Shown here: positions 36,271-45,843 of the stretch, piece by piece | How the letters are laid out: every line of letters begins with the position of its first letter | Position numbering within the stretch: position 1 is the stretch's first letter | Source: a virus | Reading direction: 5' to 3' (one strand) | IMG/VR virus record: IMGVR_UViG_3300028734_000011 | Length of the DNA stretch: 64,000 nucleotides | The notes under the pieces: model-generated | Told to the model about the DNA's origin: nothing | Databases searched by the model: none | What the model saw: only the letters and a program-made list of their open reading frames with translations | Program-made: the position numbers and the translations under genes

Positions 36271-37209
36271 TTAGAAAAAATTAGAGGCATCAACATATTT
36301 AAAGCCACATCGTTTAGCGAATGTTTTATCACTTGTCAAATCTCCAACCATTATACATTGTGATGGATCAAGTTTATATTTCTCAATGAATTCAACTCCA
36401 AAGCCAACTCCTGGCTTTCTACAATAGCAAGTGATTGGAGGAACAGAGTGCCCGCAATATTTATAATCAATATTAACTCCTAACATTTCATTTGTCTTTT
36501 CAAAACATTCTATTGCAGTCTCATGAGTTAATAATCCTTTTGCTATACCACTTTGATTTGAAACACCAAGTAATATATAACCTTGACTCTGTAATTCTAA
36601 AAGTTTTTCTGTTCTACCAGGAATTATTTCAATATCACTAATATCTGTTGGATAATGTCCTCCACTTTTCGTTAATCTCAAAGTGCCGTCATAATCAAAG
36701 AAGATTGCTTTATTTTTATACTCTGATGGATATCTTTTGAAATCTATTTTTTCTATATCATCAATACCTTCTGATAATTCTGGTGTTTCAAAATGTTTAT
36801 TCATTTTATAAAGTGCAGCTACAGGAAACATATGTGGATCATTAACTTTAGAATAATCACTTAATTCTGTAAATAATCTATCATATTTTCTTATCATTCT
36901 TGTTACCTGATTGAACATACAATCTTCAATCTTTGTGGTGAAATAAAGGCAAATTATATAGTAGTCATATTTTTTTGCTAATTCAATAACTTCAGAACGA
37001 GATAACTTAGTTGTATATGTACCATCTAATACAATATCAACACCATCTATCATCAGTGCTTCAAGTTTCTTATTAAGTGAAATTAATGTACCACCTTCAA
37101 TATCTCTTGATAATAAGGTGTAATTATAATCAACATAAGATTCAACAATACCTGATTTACCTGCAGCAGGTAATCCACAAGTCATAACTAATCTTTTTTC
37201 TTCTTTCAT
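36271..37209 (-). CDS. pnk: polynucleotide 5'-kinase / 3'-phosphatase (T4 Pnk-like)
   Basis: N-terminal P-loop kinase VMTCGLPAAGKSG; C-terminal HAD phosphatase with IFFDYDGTL (DxDGT), LGVSNQSG, CRKPGVG, MVGDLTSD. Domain order kinase-then-phosphatase as in T4 Pnk. Confidence 0.8.
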   Translation of the reverse strand: MKEEKRLVMTCGLPAAGKSGIVESYVDYNYTLLSRDIEGGTLISLNKKLEALMIDGVDIVLDGTYTTKLSRSEVIELAKKYDYYIICLYFTTKIEDCMFNQVTRMIRKYDRLFTELSDYSKVNDPHMFPVAALYKMNKHFETPELSEGIDDIEKIDFKRYPSEYKNKAIFFDYDGTLRLTKSGGHYPTDISDIEIIPGRTEKLLELQSQGYILLGVSNQSGIAKGLLTHETAIECFEKTNEMLGVNIDYKYCGHSVPPITCYCRKPGVGFGVEFIEKYKLDPSQCIMVGDLTSDKTFAKRCGFKYVDASNFF

Positions 37210-37212
37210 TTT

Positions 37213-38427
37213 TTAATACCTATAATTGTTCCATTTATTATTTTCATCTACAACACGGCCGTTTTTATCATAATAATAGTTATTTAATATTACATATACA
37301 GATAATCCTAATGATACAATAAGTATAATTATAAACAACCAAATTTGCTGTGCGCTACTCAAATCAACATCAATATATTCAAAATCTTTAAATTGTTTTC
37401 GTTGCCAATATTTTGGTATATTACTTTCTGTCCAATTAGCTAATTCTTCTAAATTCAATTTAGTTTTACCATTATAGTAACTTCTAAAATTAACTTCAAA
37501 TGTTGGTTTATCACTCCAAGAGAATGCATCTACCCATTGTATATTTTTAGATATAGAATCAAGTCCAAAACACAGAACAAGTTCATTCTTATTACCACCT
37601 AACCAATAACTTTGTTGCTCTTTTACTATTGAACGAGATTTATTATAATAGAACATTAAAAATACTCTTATTTGATTTTTTTGACCATAATATCCATTAA
37701 TATATTGCCAAGATTTTAATTCTTTTAAAGTTGGTTTGTAGCCTAAAAATGGTGATTGATCATTAGTACCACTTCCACTTGAGAACATACCATTAGAACC
37801 ATCATTATTTGAATATAAATTTGGATAATCATATAATCCATCTTCTTTTGCTACTTTCTTTGATATTTTTGAGAATCCAAATATAGAATATGAACTATTA
37901 ATTTTATTTGTATATGAGTGTTCGGTTGTGATAGTTTTTGAGCTATAAATATTATTGTCCCATTTAATATTATACATATTACCATCATTATTATAAAAAT
38001 CTCTGTTCATATCTACAAATATTTTACGAGCATTCCAGGATTTTAATAATTTATAATATTCATCTTTTGATATTTCTTGTTCCTTACCATTTGATAATAC
38101 TTGTGTCCAATGTTCAGGATGGTCATCTCTATGAGAACAATCATATGATTCACTATGAGATTTACCATTACCATCATCTACTGTTCTTGAGCAAGTTTCT
38201 GTAATCCATTCGTCCCAAAATTCATAATCATGTGCCTCAGTAACATAATCACCAAAGTACTCTGTTGCTTGCGTTCTACTATGAATCATCACTGTACTAA
38301 TAATTAGTGTTAGCAATAAGGTTGGTACAATAACTATTAGATATTCCCACCAAACAACTTTTGTTCTGAAAAAAATAAAGATAAAAATAGCAATTACAAT
38401 TGGAATAAAATAAATGATTGTCGTCAT
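37213..38427 (-). CDS. membrane protein (N- and C-terminal TM helices, large central domain)
   Basis: 404 aa; N-terminal IIYFIPIVIAIFIFIFF and LIVIVPTLLLTLIISTV, C-terminal IWLFIIILIVSLGLSVYVIL; 3 nt from the pnk stop. Confidence 0.5.
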   Translation of the reverse strand: MTTIIYFIPIVIAIFIFIFFRTKVVWWEYLIVIVPTLLLTLIISTVMIHSRTQATEYFGDYVTEAHDYEFWDEWITETCSRTVDDGNGKSHSESYDCSHRDDHPEHWTQVLSNGKEQEISKDEYYKLLKSWNARKIFVDMNRDFYNNDGNMYNIKWDNNIYSSKTITTEHSYTNKINSSYSIFGFSKISKKVAKEDGLYDYPNLYSNNDGSNGMFSSGSGTNDQSPFLGYKPTLKELKSWQYINGYYGQKNQIRVFLMFYYNKSRSIVKEQQSYWLGGNKNELVLCFGLDSISKNIQWVDAFSWSDKPTFEVNFRSYYNGKTKLNLEELANWTESNIPKYWQRKQFKDFEYIDVDLSSAQQIWLFIIILIVSLGLSVYVILNNYYYDKNGRVVDENNKWNNYRY

Positions 38428-38445
38428 ATTTTTAGATTTTTAGTA

Positions 38446-38865
38446 TTAAATATATTTATTTTTATGTTCTGAATAATATTTTTTTAACTCTTGAAAAGAT
38501 TTCATATCTTTTTGTATTACGCATCTTTTAAGAGAATTTAATTCTGATAATGACAAATTATTTAATTCTTCAGTTAAAATAAAATCATATTCATCATTAT
38601 CATTTAATTTCAAATACTTTTCGATATATTCATTACCATCCATAAACCAGTGATCAACAGAAGATGAATACCCAACTCCTGACATATTATATTTTTCTGA
38701 TTCCTCACCATCAAATACAATTTTACAAAAGTCATACCAATCAATCAAAGGATTACCAGTGTCAAATCTCATTTCTTTCTTATCTCCATAATATAAGATA
38801 AGAGCTACATATGATGATTGTAATGAATCATCATAATCTACAGTTAAAAATCCAGATTTATCCAT
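38446..38865 (-). CDS. hypothetical protein
   Basis: 139-aa ORF. Confidence 0.4.
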   Translation of the reverse strand: MDKSGFLTVDYDDSLQSSYVALILYYGDKKEMRFDTGNPLIDWYDFCKIVFDGEESEKYNMSGVGYSSSVDHWFMDGNEYIEKYLKLNDNDEYDFILTEELNNLSLSELNSLKRCVIQKDMKSFQELKKYYSEHKNKYI

Positions 38866-38944
38866 ATTATTTATTTTTAAATTATGTACAAAGATACAAC
38901 TAATTAGTCATATAATAAAATATGATTAATAATTTTTAACAAAA

Positions 38945-38973
38945 AAAAGCTGTATATAACATATACAGCTTTT
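38945..38973. terminator. intrinsic terminator
   Basis: AAAAGCTGTATATaacATATACAGCTTTT. Confidence 0.6.
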
Positions 38974-38993
38974 ATTAAATTTCTTATTTTTTA

Positions 38994-39533
38994 TTATAGT
39001 GAAATCTCATTATCATCGACTCGAGTTTTCATAACATCTTTTGTTTCTGTACAAGAAATTGGTATATAAACAAATTGTTTAGAGTTTTCTTTTGTCACAA
39101 ACCATTTTGCTGGAATTTGAGTTATATATGTATCATAATCACGTTTCATATCTATCATTCGTTTTTGCTGATTAGCGAAGTTGGTACGTTGAATTTCAAC
39201 ACTATTCATTAAAGTTACATATAAAGTATTATCAAATTTAGGATTAGATTCTTGAATCCATTTCATTAATGTACCATCTCCTTTTGAATAACGACCACCA
39301 ATCATATCAGTATAAATCTTATCAAACTTGTCTGCATATGCTGCAGGTATTTTTGCTTGATCTTTAAGAATTGTCCACATTTCATTATGAACTGCTTCAA
39401 TGTTACCGTTCTGTGCTTCACAAGCTTTATACTTCTGAATAGAGCTGTTATTAACTGATACATAAGTAAAAAATACTGAAATTGCGATTAGTGCAGCAAT
39501 TCCTACAACAGTGAGAATAATAATTTTCTTCAT
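38994..39533 (-). CDS. N-terminally anchored membrane/secreted protein
   Basis: 179 aa; MKKIIILTVVGIAALIAISVFFTYVSV TM/signal anchor. Confidence 0.45.
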   Translation of the reverse strand: MKKIIILTVVGIAALIAISVFFTYVSVNNSSIQKYKACEAQNGNIEAVHNEMWTILKDQAKIPAAYADKFDKIYTDMIGGRYSKGDGTLMKWIQESNPKFDNTLYVTLMNSVEIQRTNFANQQKRMIDMKRDYDTYITQIPAKWFVTKENSKQFVYIPISCTETKDVMKTRVDDNEISL

Positions 39534-39579
39534 TTTTTTAAAAATTTTTAATTGTTTTAGTATTAATATTTATTTGTGT

Positions 39580-39912
39580 TTAAATTTCGAAATCATGTTT
39601 TTGAATATCTAATATAAAATCATCTAATTTTTTTTGATTATCTTCTGTATGATATTTTTCATCTCTCCACCCAAATTTACCAATTTTACTAAATTTCAAT
39701 TTGTTATCAACGACTTTGAATATTAGTTTAACTCCGCTGCACCATTCAGAAGAAAAATAATAATTTAGCATAACTATTTTATCATTTTTTAAAATATATC
39801 CCTGTACAGTATCAATACTTTTTATATCTAATCTAGACAAGAAATCTTTAGCTGTATTCATCAAGTTATTATCAAGACTTGGTACAGATTTAAACAATTT
39901 AAATATATTCAT
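39580..39912 (-). CDS. hypothetical protein
   Basis: 110-aa ORF. Confidence 0.4.
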   Translation of the reverse strand: MNIFKLFKSVPSLDNNLMNTAKDFLSRLDIKSIDTVQGYILKNDKIVMLNYYFSSEWCSGVKLIFKVVDNKLKFSKIGKFGWRDEKYHTEDNQKKLDDFILDIQKHDFEI

Positions 39913-39918
39913 GATTTT

Positions 39919-40152
39919 TTATTTTGTGATTTTGTTTTTTACATTTAAAATTGATTGTTCATTAACCTTATAATCATTATATCCTAATACTTCTACTTCA
40001 GAACTATTATTACATAATTCAACTGTATCATCACAAGCAGTTTTAATTACCTCTATAATTGTTTTATACAGATAATCATAATCATGATACTTTGAAGTAG
40101 GTGTAATACCCTTAGATTTCAAGATTTCAGAGATGATTATTTTGGTTTTCAT
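39919..40152 (-). CDS. hypothetical protein
   Basis: 77-aa ORF. Confidence 0.35.
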   Translation of the reverse strand: MKTKIIISEILKSKGITPTSKYHDYDYLYKTIIEVIKTACDDTVELCNNSSEVEVLGYNDYKVNEQSILNVKNKITK

Positions 40153-40241
40153 TTTTATTATTTTTAAATTATGTGCAAAGATAATTATAATTATTTATAC
40201 AAAAAATTATATTTACAATATTTAACAAAAAAATATAATAT

Positions 40242-40919
40242 TTATTTTATGAATCCAAGTTTATTAATTAAGATATCTTCTTTACCTTTAATTAATTCAA
40301 TCATAATTTCTTTAAGATAACTATCTGACCAAAAACATGTACCAATATGTTCATTTTTAATTAATAATAATAGAGTATCTAACTTAGTACCAGACCAAAA
40401 ATCCCTAGCACAATTAATATAATAAGGCTCTTTTCCATCTGGTTTCTCAACTAAATTATTTATTGACAGTCTTAAATATCGGATTTTATTTTCCCATGAT
40501 TGTGCGCCATTACTATTATATGGTACTTTTTTCCATTCATTACTACATTCAGTACATTTATTTATTTCAAGTGTGTCTATACTACCATGAATTGAACCTG
40601 ATCCAAACATACCTCCAAGACTACCACTAATTGATGATGAACCATTAATTTCGCCTTTCAATTGGCTTATTTTATCAACTACTTTAGTAGATGAACATTT
40701 TGGACATGTTCCATTTGATTTTTCAAAATTTATTTTTTCTTTTTCATTATACTTAGATCTTTCTTCATCTAATTTATCATTTAGACGTTTACTTTCAAGT
40801 TCATAAATAGAATACACCCTTTCTTCTTCAAGTGTTTTATCAATACCTTCTTGTTTAACTCTTTCAGATTCAATTCTATCACGTTCTTTACGTGCATTAC
40901 TTTTAAAAATTTCCCACAT
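40242..40919 (-). CDS. coiled-coil protein with split zinc ribbon
   Basis: 225 aa; charged N-terminal coiled-coil; CPKCSSTK...(Gly/Ser-rich linker)...CTECSNEW. Confidence 0.45.
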   Translation of the reverse strand: MWEIFKSNARKERDRIESERVKQEGIDKTLEEERVYSIYELESKRLNDKLDEERSKYNEKEKINFEKSNGTCPKCSSTKVVDKISQLKGEINGSSSISGSLGGMFGSGSIHGSIDTLEINKCTECSNEWKKVPYNSNGAQSWENKIRYLRLSINNLVEKPDGKEPYYINCARDFWSGTKLDTLLLLIKNEHIGTCFWSDSYLKEIMIELIKGKEDILINKLGFIK

Positions 40920-40933
40920 ATTATTTAATTTTA

Positions 40934-41557
40934 TTATACTTCAAATCCATTTATATAGATATTATTAATCAAAAAGTTATCAATTTTATTTAAATTTTCA
41001 ATAGGATAAATTAATATATTATAATCAACATTAATAACATTGTTTCTTTTTCCTATTTTATTTCTTTTGTATTCAATATTTAGAATTGACATTTCTTTCT
41101 CTAATTCTTCTAAAGAATACTCAGATGATATGAAATGAATATTATAAATTTTTGAATGATGAAAAGTATCAAATATATTCTCAAACTTAAAAAATACAAT
41201 CATAACTAATAATACGACCAATAGAACAAAGGCTGCTAATGTATAATTTTGAAACCCTATGCACATACCTATTGCGGATGCCATCCAAATGATTGCAGCA
41301 GAAGTTATACCACGAATATTTCCACCTTCTTTAAAAACAACCCCAGCACCAATAAAACCAATTCCAGTAACTATGTTTGATGCTATTCTATCTCCACTCA
41401 CCAAATTAACTGATAATATGGTAAATACACATGAACTAACACAAATTAATATCATTGTCTTAAATCCTGCAGGTTTTCCATGAAATCCACGTTCTATTCC
41501 TAATATAGATCCAGCGAATAGTGAAGCTAATATTTGTATGATATATTCTGGTAACAT
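40934..41557 (-). CDS. MgtC/SapB-family membrane protein
   Basis: N-terminus MLPEYIIQILASLFAGSILGIERGFHGKPAGFKTMILICVSS matches the MgtC signature (..LGxEReF...AGxRT..L); multiple TM helices. Confidence 0.6.
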   Translation of the reverse strand: MLPEYIIQILASLFAGSILGIERGFHGKPAGFKTMILICVSSCVFTILSVNLVSGDRIASNIVTGIGFIGAGVVFKEGGNIRGITSAAIIWMASAIGMCIGFQNYTLAAFVLLVVLLVMIVFFKFENIFDTFHHSKIYNIHFISSEYSLEELEKEMSILNIEYKRNKIGKRNNVINVDYNILIYPIENLNKIDNFLINNIYINGFEV

Positions 41558-41566
41558 ATTTTATTT

Positions 41567-41758
41567 TTATATATTTTTCATAATCTCATAATACTCTTCT
41601 GTGTGTACTATTCCTATGTCATTTTCTATTGCATCTCTTAATTTAATTGCCCTATCAATAAAATCTTTATTAATAAAATCTGAATTAAATACATCTAATA
41701 CTCTTTTATAATAATAAGAAAGTAATATTTTATTATCTGTTTCTTCAATTTTTGTCAT
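41567..41758 (-). CDS. hypothetical protein
   Basis: 63-aa ORF. Confidence 0.35.
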   Translation of the reverse strand: MTKIEETDNKILLSYYYKRVLDVFNSDFINKDFIDRAIKLRDAIENDIGIVHTEEYYEIMKNI

Positions 41759-41841
41759 ACTAATTTTAATTATTTGACAAAAATACTAAATTTTTTGTTA
41801 CTAACCAAAAAATAAAATAACATTTATACATTTTTCACCTT

Positions 41842-42366
41842 TCAATTATATTTATTGATATTAGTTTCAGAAATATAATCATAAACATGACCAATATTTT
41901 TCAATTTATATTGCCAATCATAACCATCAAAGTAGATTTTCTCAATTATAACATTTTTTTTATCATAATTGAATTTAACTTCATTGTTATATTTAGGATA
42001 TGTAGTTGGTTTATTTGGTTTAACAACTTCAAAATGAGATTGTATAATTTCATCTGTTAGATTATCTCCATATTCTTTAAAATCACTATGCAAGTGACTA
42101 TAATAAGGAAGTTTACAATTATCATAAAAGTCTTTATTTATATCAAATTTATCACCAACAAATACAATTTTCATTAGATATTTATTAGAACTAAATGAAT
42201 CTATTTGATCACTGTAACCAGAATATTTTTTTTCAATCATTCCTTCAAAATCATCAGCCCAATTTTTATTTTTTGATGCATAATCATATTTAATTGCGGC
42301 CTCACGATATTTTTCACGTGTAGTATGAATTTTATATATTTTATAATCAACAACTTTAAATTCCAT
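41842..42366 (-). CDS. hypothetical protein
   Basis: 174-aa ORF, Tyr/Lys-rich. Confidence 0.4.
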   Translation of the reverse strand: MEFKVVDYKIYKIHTTREKYREAAIKYDYASKNKNWADDFEGMIEKKYSGYSDQIDSFSSNKYLMKIVFVGDKFDINKDFYDNCKLPYYSHLHSDFKEYGDNLTDEIIQSHFEVVKPNKPTTYPKYNNEVKFNYDKKNVIIEKIYFDGYDWQYKLKNIGHVYDYISETNINKYN

Positions 42367-42451
42367 AGTTTTTATTTTTTTATATTATATGCAAAAATAA
42401 TATAATTATTTCAATTGAAGAATTTAATTATGTTTTTTTAATATATAAAGT

Positions 42452-42787
42452 ATGAAATATTTAAAAACATTTGAAATAAATAATAAATTAGAAATTGGTG
42501 ATTATGTAATATGTGAATGGTATGATGGTAAATATAATAATACATATAAAGAATTTAATGATTTCATTAAAAATAAGGTAGGAAAACTTATTGATATTGA
42601 TTATAAATTAATACCAGGTGCTACATATTATATAGTTGAATATGATCATATTCCAGATAATTTAAATAATTTCAAGAGATATAAAAATGAATCTGCATTT
42701 ACTATGAAAGGAGCAGATATAGTTAGATATTCAAAAGATAAATCAGAATTAGAAATTTCTATTAATACAAATAAATTTAACCTATGA
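42452..42787 (+). CDS. cassette-family protein, GDYV subtype (first of array 5)
   Basis: MKYLKTFEINNKLEIGDYVIC... C-term TNKFNL. Confidence 0.6.
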   Translation: MKYLKTFEINNKLEIGDYVICEWYDGKYNNTYKEFNDFIKNKVGKLIDIDYKLIPGATYYIVEYDHIPDNLNNFKRYKNESAFTMKGADIVRYSKDKSELEISINTNKFNL

Positions 42788-43098
42788 AATATATAAAAAA
42801 TTTTGAAAAAATAAATAATACAATTCATTATAAAATTCCAGCATATCCGTTAGAAGCATATTTTATTGCACTAACTAAAATTGGTATGTCACAAGATGAA
42901 ATATCAAATTGGAGTAGTAATAAATTAGCTCAATATTGGAATAATTCAAATTTTAAATTTATATATTTAGATCACATATACAATGATTATACTAAAAAAT
43001 ATCAATGGAGTTGGTCAAATAGAATAAATGTAAATCAAACTGTAAGAGAAATAACTGTTGACGATTATGAAATTGATGCAAAGAAATTTAACATATGA
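42784..43098 (+). CDS. cassette-family protein
   Basis: N-term MKYIKNFEKI, C-term AKKFNI; near-identical to the next gene (KIPAYPLEAYFIALTKIGMSQDEIS..). Confidence 0.6.
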   Translation: MKYIKNFEKINNTIHYKIPAYPLEAYFIALTKIGMSQDEISNWSSNKLAQYWNNSNFKFIYLDHIYNDYTKKYQWSWSNRINVNQTVREITVDDYEIDAKKFNI

Positions 43099-43400
43099 AA
43101 TATATAAAAAAATTTGAAAAGATAAATATTAAAAAAATTCAATATAAAATTCCATCATACCCGTTAGAAGTATATTTTATTGCACTAACTAAAATAGGTA
43201 TGTCAACAGATGAAATATCAAGTTGGAGTAATAATACGCACTCTCAATATTGGAATAACCCACATTTTAAATTTATATATTTAAATCACTCATTAATCTA
43301 TAACAGTTGGAGTTGGTCAGATAAAATAAATGTAAATAAAACTGTAATAGAAATAACTGTTGAAGATTATGAAATTGATGCAAACAAATTTAACATATGA
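43095..43400 (+). CDS. cassette-family protein (recent duplicate of 42784..43098)
   Basis: N-term MKYIKKFEKI, C-term ANKFNI; KIPSYPLEVYFIALTKIGMSTDEIS.. Confidence 0.6.
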   Translation: MKYIKKFEKINIKKIQYKIPSYPLEVYFIALTKIGMSTDEISSWSNNTHSQYWNNPHFKFIYLNHSLIYNSWSWSDKINVNKTVIEITVEDYEIDANKFNI

Positions 43401-43762
43401 AATATATAAAGAAATTTGAAAATGATACTAATGAGACTGAAGTAGGAGATTATGTGTCAATAGTAAGTAAAAATTATATTAATCATTTGAAAAATCACTA
43501 CGATGAAAAATATCTTGATTTGTTAAAAGATTTTTTTCTTAATTGTCCTGGACAAATATATACTACTTTTAATAACAACAAAATAAAGGTTATATATGGT
43601 TTTGATATTCCAAAAAATGTAAGAGAATTTTTTCAATATGATAAAAATTATGGCTACAATCAAATATTTTATTTAGAAGATATAAACTTATTAGCAAAAA
43701 CAAAAGATGAATTGAAAAATAAAATAGAAATTCAAAATAATTCAAATAAATTCAACCTATGA
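43397..43762 (+). CDS. cassette-family protein, GDYV subtype
   Basis: MKYIKKFENDTNETEVGDYVSI... C-term SNKFNL. Confidence 0.6.
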   Translation: MKYIKKFENDTNETEVGDYVSIVSKNYINHLKNHYDEKYLDLLKDFFLNCPGQIYTTFNNNKIKVIYGFDIPKNVREFFQYDKNYGYNQIFYLEDINLLAKTKDELKNKIEIQNNSNKFNL

Positions 43763-44070
43763 AGTATATAAAATCATTTGAAATTAACAAACTAAATATT
43801 AATATAGGAGATTATGTTAAAATAAAAATAATTCCTGATTATGTGGAGAGAGTAGAAAAAATACCAGATAATTTATTTGTCAAAATAATAGAAATAACTC
43901 TATTGGAGAATCATAATAATGAAGATAAAGATAACATAGTTATTACATTTGAAACATTAATCACTAAGCAAAAAATAACTGGTAATATATATTTTATTTC
44001 AAGAAAAATGACTAAATCAGAAATAGATTATTGTAAGACTAAATCAGAAACAAATAAATTTAACTTATGA
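43759..44070 (+). CDS. cassette-family protein, GDYV subtype
   Basis: MKYIKSFEINKLNINIGDYVKI... C-term TNKFNL. Confidence 0.6.
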   Translation: MKYIKSFEINKLNINIGDYVKIKIIPDYVERVEKIPDNLFVKIIEITLLENHNNEDKDNIVITFETLITKQKITGNIYFISRKMTKSEIDYCKTKSETNKFNL

Positions 44071-44360
44071 AGTACTTGAAAAAATTTGAAGATATAGAAA
44101 ATACTCCAGACGTAGGTGACTATATAATTCCTAATGTAGAAACTCTTAATGCTGTTATTAATGATAAAATTAATAATAATATATTTCAAATAATTGGAAC
44201 GAGACAAAGAAAAATAGGGAAGATTTTATATATCATTAAATTTAAATTAGAAAACCATATTGATGATAATTGGTATTTAGATGTATCTGAGATAAAACAT
44301 ATTTCAAAAAATAAAGAAGAATTAGAAATATTATTACAATCAAAAAAATATAACATATGA
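44067..44360 (+). CDS. cassette-family protein, GDYV subtype
   Basis: MKYLKKFEDIENTPDVGDYIIP... C-term SKKYNI. Confidence 0.6.
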   Translation: MKYLKKFEDIENTPDVGDYIIPNVETLNAVINDKINNNIFQIIGTRQRKIGKILYIIKFKLENHIDDNWYLDVSEIKHISKNKEELEILLQSKKYNI

Positions 44361-44683
44361 AACATTTGAAACAATTTGAAGCTACTGAAAATAACCCAAT
44401 TGTTGGTGATTATGTTATTATGAATATTAAAAAGATGAAATATTTTCATTCTGATTTAGATGAATTATTAAATGAATATATAAACAATTCAATTGGTAAA
44501 ATTTATGATATATACAATGGAGGTGTTTTTGTAAAATATAACAAAATTCCTTCAAATTTGAAAAAATTATTTTATGACGGTGTTGATAATGATATGCTGA
44601 GATTTGAAATGAATGATATTTTATATTTTGGAGATAAAAATGAAATGGAAAAAATACTATCAGCAAAAAAATTTAACTTATGA
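44357..44683 (+). CDS. cassette-family protein, GDYV subtype
   Basis: MKHLKQFEATENNPIVGDYVIM... C-term AKKFNL. Confidence 0.6.
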   Translation: MKHLKQFEATENNPIVGDYVIMNIKKMKYFHSDLDELLNEYINNSIGKIYDIYNGGVFVKYNKIPSNLKKLFYDGVDNDMLRFEMNDILYFGDKNEMEKILSAKKFNL

Positions 44684-45018
44684 AATATATAAAGACATTT
44701 GAAAATAAAGAAACAATACCAGAAATTGGTGATTATGTTATACTGAATGTAAAAAATTTAAAATTTAGTGATCCTAACTCATATAAAAATAAAAATTATA
44801 TAAGAATATTTACTAATAATGTATATAAAATAATTGGTGATAATAGTGAATACTCTCCAAAATATACAAGTAAATTCCCATCTTCAGTATATACAATTAA
44901 TTTTTATGATAAAACTCATCCTGATGGATGGGATATCTATTATGAGGATATACTATTTTATGATAAAGATGAAGAAGTTGTTAAATATAAAAATATAGCA
45001 AATAAATTTAACTTATGA
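44680..45018 (+). CDS. cassette-family protein, GDYV subtype
   Basis: MKYIKTFENKETIPEIGDYVIL... C-term ANKFNL; close paralog of the next gene. Confidence 0.6.
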   Translation: MKYIKTFENKETIPEIGDYVILNVKNLKFSDPNSYKNKNYIRIFTNNVYKIIGDNSEYSPKYTSKFPSSVYTINFYDKTHPDGWDIYYEDILFYDKDEEVVKYKNIANKFNL

Positions 45019-45314
45019 AATACTTAAAAAAATTTGAAAATAATAATGATGAACCAAGAATTGGCGATTATGTTGTTCTGAACACAAAAAATTTAAATTT
45101 TAGTGATCCAGAGATAGGTGATCATTATAGAAAAATATTCACTGATAATGCATATAAAATAATAAATTATTATAGTGGCTCAGCATACATGATTGATTTT
45201 TATGATGAAAATCATCCTAATGGATGGAATGTTTATATAGAAGATATATTGGCATTTGATAAAGATAAGAATGTTGTTAAATATAAAAATAATATAAATA
45301 AATTCAACTTATAA
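45015..45314 (+). CDS. cassette-family protein, GDYV subtype (last of array 5)
   Basis: MKYLKKFENNNDEPRIGDYVVL... C-term INKFNL then TAA. Confidence 0.6.
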   Translation: MKYLKKFENNNDEPRIGDYVVLNTKNLNFSDPEIGDHYRKIFTDNAYKIINYYSGSAYMIDFYDENHPNGWNVYIEDILAFDKDKNVVKYKNNINKFNL

Positions 45315-45593
45315 TTTATTCAATTTTATCAATTTATTCTTTCTTTGATATGTTATATAATCAAAGTTCTGAGTTATTTCAACATCATCTAATGAGCAAT
45401 CACTACAAAATTTAACTTCATATTTTCTGTTAGTTTTTTCTGATTCAATATAATATGGGTATTCACAGTCAATAAATATAGATAAAATTTTATATTTAGA
45501 ACCTTTATTAAAATGATAAGACATACCATTAATTGAATATTTAACCCAATCATCTAATGCAATTAATACATCTTCTCTATATAATTTAATCAT
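45309..45593 (-). CDS. hypothetical protein, LDDW paralog family
   Basis: MIKLYREDVLIALDDWVKYSING...KLIKLNKL; paralog of 45836..46114. Confidence 0.45.
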   Translation of the reverse strand: MIKLYREDVLIALDDWVKYSINGMSYHFNKGSKYKILSIFIDCEYPYYIESEKTNRKYEVKFCSDCSLDDVEITQNFDYITYQRKNKLIKLNKL

Positions 45594-45599
45594 TTAGTT

Positions 45600-45843
45600 T
45601 TTTTAATTTTTTAATTCTTTGAATTGACTTATAATCAAAATGTTTCATTATTTCATCATAAGTCAATGAAACATATCTAAAAGAGTCATTTGATCTCATT
45701 TCTATAACATATAGTCCATACATATTTATATATGAAACTTCATATTTGCCACCTTTTAAAAATATATAAGAATTTCCGTTAAGAGTAAATTTAACCCAAT
45801 GTTATAAAGAAATTAATACATCTTTCCTATATAATTTATTCAT
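45600..45843 (-). pseudogene. decayed third copy of the LDDW paralog family
   Basis: Sequence between the two intact copies repeats the shared 5' and 3' ends (catttagtttttttaattttt...; ...gttaagagtaaatttaacccaatgttataaag...ataatttattcat), but the frame is broken and no ORF >=60 aa survives. Confidence 0.4.

Noticed and set aside
34770-37209. RNA ligase (Rnl1/Rnl2) partner for Pnk within the window
   Set aside because: I scanned translations for the KxDG nucleotidyltransferase motif in ORFs of suitable size (250-400 aa) and found none. It may lie outside the window.
4300-45314. Cassette-family N-terminus as a T4-like capsid-targeting sequence cleaved at L/I-x-E
   Set aside because: The conserved N-terminus ends in x-F-E rather than L/I-x-E, so the T4 gp21 protease rule does not fit. 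Only the general idea of a targeting peptide is retained as a hypothesis.
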